Source: Candidatus Multivoradales bacterium (GTDB taxonomy: Bacteria > Acidobacteriota > Thermoanaerobaculia > Multivoradales > J023). Taken from it: DNA of 64,000 nucleotides. The notes under the pieces are model-generated. The model was not told where the DNA came from and ran no database searches. It saw nothing but the letters and a program-made list of their open reading frames with translations. The stretch covers positions 3,616,001-3,680,000 of the forward strand of contig CBDFLE010000006.1 of assembly GCA_965248925.1 (NCBI GenBank). Reading direction: 5' to 3'. Both the position numbers and the translations under genes were made by a program. This document shows positions 59,548 to 64,000 of this stretch, in pieces; the first letter of the stretch is position 1; each line of letters begins with the position of its first letter.

Positions 59548-60816
59548 TCAGTGCTCGTCTGCACTGCTGTTCTGCTCTGCTTTACCCGGTGCTTTCTCAG
59601 TCGCTGCGGATTGGCCTAGGTGGCCGGCCGTGAGGCCGGTGGGTAGGGCCAGGAGTACCAGGAAGACGCGTTGGACCTCCGAGTCGCTCCAGTTGGCTTC
59701 GAAGAGTCCGGCGATAGCGAAGGCCAGGATTGCCAGCAGGGGGCCGAAGTAGAGGTCGGCGTCGCCACCGGTAGGTCCCTGGCGTCGGTAGCCACGCCAA
59801 GCCATCACCAGCCCGGCTCCTAGCAACCAAAGGTAGGCCGCCAGGCAAGGTAAACCCCGTTCAGCGGCAATCTGCAAGTAGGAGTTGTGCAAGTGGGCGA
59901 CGGTCAGTCGTGGTGCCGAGGGATGGCGATAGATCGGATACAGCTGCCGCACCATCTCGGGGCCGAGGCCGAAGATCGGCCGCTCGCCGATCATGTAGAG
60001 GCCGGCTTCAGCCATGCATAGACGGTCGTAATTCGAAGCGTCGCCGAGATCGGTGATCGACACGAGTCGGGTGCGCCAGGTCTGCGGACCGGTGACTAGC
60101 AAGATGCCACCTAACAGCACCAAGAGGGGCAGCCGGCGGGGGGCTCGTAGGACCAACGCCACGACGACGCTGAGGGCGATCGCCACCCACGAGCCGCGGG
60201 ACAGGCTGAGCAGCAGCGCCCAGCTGACTATCATCAGTCCGCTGATTTCCGCCAGGCGGCGGCGCCATCCCTGATGTGGACGCCCACAGAGCAGCCGGCC
60301 AACCAGCAACAGATGGCCCAGCATCAGTACGCCGGCATAGGTCAGGTAATGGGCGAAGGGGCCGCGAATGCGGTTGTTCAAGTCACCGTAATCGGTGGCA
60401 TAAAACTGCCAAACGCCGTGCAGCGCCAGACCGACGGCGACCCAGATCAACACATTCAGTAGCCGCCGGGCGTGCCGCGGATCGCGCAGCAGAGCGATGC
60501 CCAGAAGGACTGGCGCCAGCGAGAAGGCTTCCTTCACCTCGCCCAAGCTGACCGCGGGATCCACCGACATCACCATCGCCGCCAGCGACCAGGCCATGTA
60601 GATCCCCAGGGGCAATAGCAGCACTCTGCCGGTGGCCCCTCCGAGGTCGAGCAAGCGCCGTCGCCACAGCGCCCAGAGAATGCTCAGGCCAAGCAGAATG
60701 CTCGATGGGCTCATGCCGAGGAACGTCAACGCCTGGCCGCCAAAGAGGGTCAGACCGGTGCGCAGAGATCCCGCCAAGCTTGATTTGCTAACCGGGGCGG
60801 GGGCGGGCGGACTCAT
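59548..60816 (-). CDS. O-antigen ligase family membrane protein
   Basis: Multi-TM protein with SLSRGSW, PIFGLG and HLHNSYLQIAAERG. Confidence 0.88.
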   Translation of the reverse strand: MSPPAPAPVSKSSLAGSLRTGLTLFGGQALTFLGMSPSSILLGLSILWALWRRRLLDLGGATGRVLLLPLGIYMAWSLAAMVMSVDPAVSLGEVKEAFSLAPVLLGIALLRDPRHARRLLNVLIWVAVGLALHGVWQFYATDYGDLNNRIRGPFAHYLTYAGVLMLGHLLLVGRLLCGRPHQGWRRRLAEISGLMIVSWALLLSLSRGSWVAIALSVVVALVLRAPRRLPLLVLLGGILLVTGPQTWRTRLVSITDLGDASNYDRLCMAEAGLYMIGERPIFGLGPEMVRQLYPIYRHPSAPRLTVAHLHNSYLQIAAERGLPCLAAYLWLLGAGLVMAWRGYRRQGPTGGDADLYFGPLLAILAFAIAGLFEANWSDSEVQRVFLVLLALPTGLTAGHLGQSAATEKAPGKAEQNSSADEH

Positions 60817-60946
60817 GAGTTCTAGGATGTGTTGGCGACTTCGCGATTTGCACTTCGATCCGGCTCAGATTGGGCTTGGGGAAAGCGTCTCCATGCTAGC
60901 ATCCGCCCTCCGACTCGAGCTGTCCCAGAAGGTGAGAATCCCTACC

Positions 60947-62179
60947 ATGAACTCTCTAGAATGCCGTTTCTGTGCCGCCGCGCTGACCGAGACCTTCGTC
61001 GATCTTGGCATGTCGCCGCTGGCCAACTCCTATGTCGAGCCGTCAGATCTGAATCGCGGAGAGAAATTCTACCCTCTGCACACTTACGTCTGCACTTGCT
61101 GCTGGTTGGTGCAGTTGCCGGAGGTGGAGTCGAGGGAGAAGATCTTCGGCGACTACTCCTACTTCTCCTCCTATTCCGAGTCTTGGCTGCGCCATGCCAA
61201 GGGCTACAGCGAGGAGATGATCCGTCGCTTTGGCTTCGACCGCGACAGCCAAGTGGTCGAGGTGGCCTCGAATGACGGCTACCTGCTGCGCTACTTCAAG
61301 CAACGCCAGATACCAGTGTTGGGTATCGAACCGGCGGCCAATGTCGCCGCCGTGGCCGAGGCTGATGGCATCCCGACGCGGGTGAAATTCTTCGGCGTCG
61401 AACTTGCCCGCCAGCTGCGTAGCGAAGGGGTGCGGGCCGATTTATTGGTGGGCAATAACGTGCTCGCCCACACGCCCTATCTGAATGACTTCGTCGCCGG
61501 GTTGGCTGAGTTGTTGGCGCCAGCGGGGGTGGTGACTCTGGAGTTCCCCCACTTGCTGCGCTTGGTGGCGGGCAACCAATTCGACACTATTTACCACGAG
61601 CATTACTCCTACTTTTCGTTCACCACGGTGCGGCGAGTGTTGGAGCAGCATGGCTTGGAAGTCTTCGATGTCGAGGAACTCAGCACCCACGGTGGTTCGC
61701 TGCGGATCTACTCGCGACACCCTGGTGGCCGCTCGGAAGCGATCAGCGAACGGGTCGAGGAACTCGCGGCGCGCGAGCTGGCAGCGGGATACGCTACCCT
61801 TGAGCCCTATCGCGCGTTTGCCCAGCAGGTCCGTGAGACCAAGCGCAACTTGCTCGAATTCCTGATCAAGACCCAGCACGACGGCAAACGGCTGGCGGCC
61901 TATGGTGCGCCGGCCAAGGGCAATACCTTGCTCAACTATTGCGGCTTGCGTGGCGACTTTGTCGACTACACCGTCGACCGTAGTCCGCATAAACAGGGGC
62001 GCTACTTGCCGGGCACCCGCATTCCGGTGTACGCGCCAGACAGGCTGCTCGAAACCCGGCCGGACTACGTCTGGATCTTGCCATGGAATCTTCGCCAAGA
62101 GATCGTCGAGCAGATGGCCGCGATCCGCGACTGGGGAGGTCGCTTCGTAGTTGCCATTCCCGAGGTAGAGGTGCTGTGA
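60947..62179 (+). CDS. NDP-sugar C-methyltransferase (zinc-binding, SAM-dependent)
   Basis: CRFC..DLGMSPLAN..C..CWLVQL, EVASNDGYLL, FDTIYHEHYSY, THGGSLR and YGAPAKGNTLLNYCG. Confidence 0.92.
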   Translation: MNSLECRFCAAALTETFVDLGMSPLANSYVEPSDLNRGEKFYPLHTYVCTCCWLVQLPEVESREKIFGDYSYFSSYSESWLRHAKGYSEEMIRRFGFDRDSQVVEVASNDGYLLRYFKQRQIPVLGIEPAANVAAVAEADGIPTRVKFFGVELARQLRSEGVRADLLVGNNVLAHTPYLNDFVAGLAELLAPAGVVTLEFPHLLRLVAGNQFDTIYHEHYSYFSFTTVRRVLEQHGLEVFDVEELSTHGGSLRIYSRHPGGRSEAISERVEELAARELAAGYATLEPYRAFAQQVRETKRNLLEFLIKTQHDGKRLAAYGAPAKGNTLLNYCGLRGDFVDYTVDRSPHKQGRYLPGTRIPVYAPDRLLETRPDYVWILPWNLRQEIVEQMAAIRDWGGRFVVAIPEVEVL

Positions 62180-62706
62180 GATTTTGTCAGCTCGACATTC
62201 CGGGCGCTTTTTTGCTTGAGCCCGAGGAGCAGAAAGACCGCCACGGATTCTTCACCCGCGGCTATTGCAAACATCAGCTCGAGGCGCGCGGTCTCGATCC
62301 GGCGATCGTTCGCTGCGATATCGCCATCAGCCACCAGCGCGGCACCTTGCGGGGTCTACATTGGCAGGCGGCGCCCTATGCCTCTGCTCGGCTGCTGCGT
62401 GCTACTCGCGGCCGCGCCCATTTCGTGATTGCTGATCTGCGCCCCGAATCGCCGGCTTACAAGCGCCATTGGGCAATCGAACTCGACGATCAAAGCCGTT
62501 GCTCGCTCTACGTGCCCGCGGGGGTGGCGCATGGTTTCCAAACTCTGACCGATGAGGCTGAGGTATTGGCTCAAGCGTCGGAATTTCATCATGCCGAGTC
62601 TAGCTGTGGGGTGCGCTGGAACGATCCGGCTTTGGCCATCTCCTGGCCACTACCGGTCAGCGAAATCTCGGAGCAAGACCGCTCCTTTCCTGACTTTGAC
62701 AGCTGA
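62176..62706 (+). CDS. RmlC-like dTDP-sugar epimerase
   Basis: DRHGFFTR, GTLRGLHWQ, PAGVAHGFQTL and RWNDPALAISWP; GTG start overlaps the upstream stop. Confidence 0.88.
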   Translation: MRFCQLDIPGAFLLEPEEQKDRHGFFTRGYCKHQLEARGLDPAIVRCDIAISHQRGTLRGLHWQAAPYASARLLRATRGRAHFVIADLRPESPAYKRHWAIELDDQSRCSLYVPAGVAHGFQTLTDEAEVLAQASEFHHAESSCGVRWNDPALAISWPLPVSEISEQDRSFPDFDS

Positions 62707-62714
62707 GCGCGACC

Positions 62715-63623
62715 GTGGCACCTTGGCGGGCGTTGGAGCTGTTTTGCGGCCTAGGTGGATTCGCCGCTGTCGCTGCTGAGCAGGTCGAGGTGAAGGCGGC
62801 AGTGGATGTCAGTCAAGTGGCGCTCGGTGTCTACGCCCACAATTTCCCCCATCCCACTTACTGCCGTGCTGTGGAGTCGCTCACAGCGGCTGAGATCGCT
62901 GCTTTCGAGGCTGATCTGTGGTGGCTGTCGCCGCCCTGCCAGCCTTACACCCGCCGCGGTCATGGTCGAGGGCTGCAAGATCCTCGCGGTCGCGGCTTCT
63001 TGGCCGTCCTGGATCACCTGGCCGAGTTGTTGCCGCTGGCGGTGGCGTTAGAGAATGTTCCTGAGTTCTGCCGCTCCGAGGCCCATCGCCGACTGCGTGC
63101 GGTGCTCGATGGGGCGGACTACGAGGTGGCCGAGCAGCAGCTCTGTCCTTCGGACTTGGGCCTGCCCAACCGCCGCCGCCGGTTCTACCTGGTGGCTTGT
63201 CGACAGGGTTTGCAGCAGCCTAAGTTCGCCCAGTCAATAACTCGGCGCCCGCTGAGTAGTTTTCTCGATCGGCGACCGTTTGCCGAGTTGCGGGTCAGCG
63301 AGGAGTTCGCAGAGCGTTATCGCGGTGCTCTCAGAATCGTCGAAGCCGAGGATCCGCAGGCCGTTACCGCCTGTTTCACCTCGGCCTATGGCCGCTCGCA
63401 TGTGCGCAGCGGCTCTTACCTACGCGATGCGCAGGGCTTGCGCCGCTTTTCACCGGCCGAAATCCTGCGCCTGCTGGGATTTCCCGCCGACTACCGGCTG
63501 CCGCCGGAGTTGCCGCTCAAGAATGCTTGGCGGTTGACCGGCAACAGTCTGTCGTTGTCGGCGGTGGGCAAGATCCTGGCGAGATTGCCGAAGTGGCCTC
63601 GGGGAAAGCAGCCGGGCCAATGA
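62715..63623 (+). CDS. C5-cytosine methyltransferase, Dnmt2-like
   Basis: ELFCGLGG, SPPCQPYTR, LENV, PNRRRRFY, CFTSAYG and LRRFSPAEILRLLGFP..GNSLS. Confidence 0.85.
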   Translation: MAPWRALELFCGLGGFAAVAAEQVEVKAAVDVSQVALGVYAHNFPHPTYCRAVESLTAAEIAAFEADLWWLSPPCQPYTRRGHGRGLQDPRGRGFLAVLDHLAELLPLAVALENVPEFCRSEAHRRLRAVLDGADYEVAEQQLCPSDLGLPNRRRRFYLVACRQGLQQPKFAQSITRRPLSSFLDRRPFAELRVSEEFAERYRGALRIVEAEDPQAVTACFTSAYGRSHVRSGSYLRDAQGLRRFSPAEILRLLGFPADYRLPPELPLKNAWRLTGNSLSLSAVGKILARLPKWPRGKQPGQ

Positions 63624-64000
63624 GCACCGCTCCACTCAGCGAGGAGGGGATTTTCGATGTTGGGCTGGAGAAGACCCCGTCAATTGCACCTGCGATAGCA
63701 TTGATGTACCATCCCCAGCCAGCGATCACTGAGTTTTGTCGCTATGCCCCCGAAATCTGGGCATTTGCCCGGAGAGCGGGCGCGATCTGCTTGGCTGGGA
63801 TATGATTTACCTAAGGGGTTGAGGGTGTCGGATAGTGCATCTGGTCGGTGAAGGGATGCGATCGGCAGTGGTCTTCTTGAGTAGCGAGGGAGGATTTGTT
63901 GCGGAGGAACGATGTTTGGAAGAGCAGCTCAGAGCTGGCTTGGTCCAGGTGGCGCGAGCAGAACCCGTCTGCGGGCCGAACAAGGCTGGCTTTCATACGT

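Noticed and set aside
60632-60946. N-terminal extension of the methyltransferase ORF
   Set aside because: It overlaps the divergent ligase gene; family homology starts at ATG 60947.
63624-64000. Short ORFs at the window end
   Set aside because: No recognisable motif, and truncated by the window edge.

Overview
GC-rich bacterial chromosome segment. The taxon is only an inference: CHAT proteins, carboxypeptidase-regulatory-like proteins and a C-terminal 'LFGDNFESG..W' motif suggest Acidobacteriota/Thermoanaerobaculia. The left ~30 kb is a rearranged polymorphic-toxin island next to a split comM gene. It holds two near-identical full-length, signal-peptide-bearing Rhs genes with different toxin tips, two orphan Rhs-CT/immunity cassettes, a RAYT transposase, an IS with CTAG target duplication and a MITE. 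The main candidate system is an 8,731-bp unit bounded by a 3.09-kb direct repeat. It carries the Rhs 3' half, toxin, immunity gene, Xre repressor, two SymE-like genes, a CHC2-Toprim-ATPase primase/helicase with 11-bp-phased repeats, an XerC-like recombinase and a dif/cer-like site. SNP comparison of three Rhs copies places a toxin-swapping crossover in a 13-bp window (6065-6077). This points to a replicon-like element that exchanges Rhs toxin tips by homologous recombination. The right ~34 kb is mostly housekeeping: an S1-domain protein, 3-hydroxybutyryl-CoA dehydrogenase, proS, Nudix, TamA/TamB-like genes, nadK, tlyA, ispA, O-antigen ligase and sugar-modifying enzymes. It also has a CHAT locus, a decayed vapBC islet and a Dnmt2-like methyltransferase. 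No CRISPR array, tRNA or rRNA was recognised.
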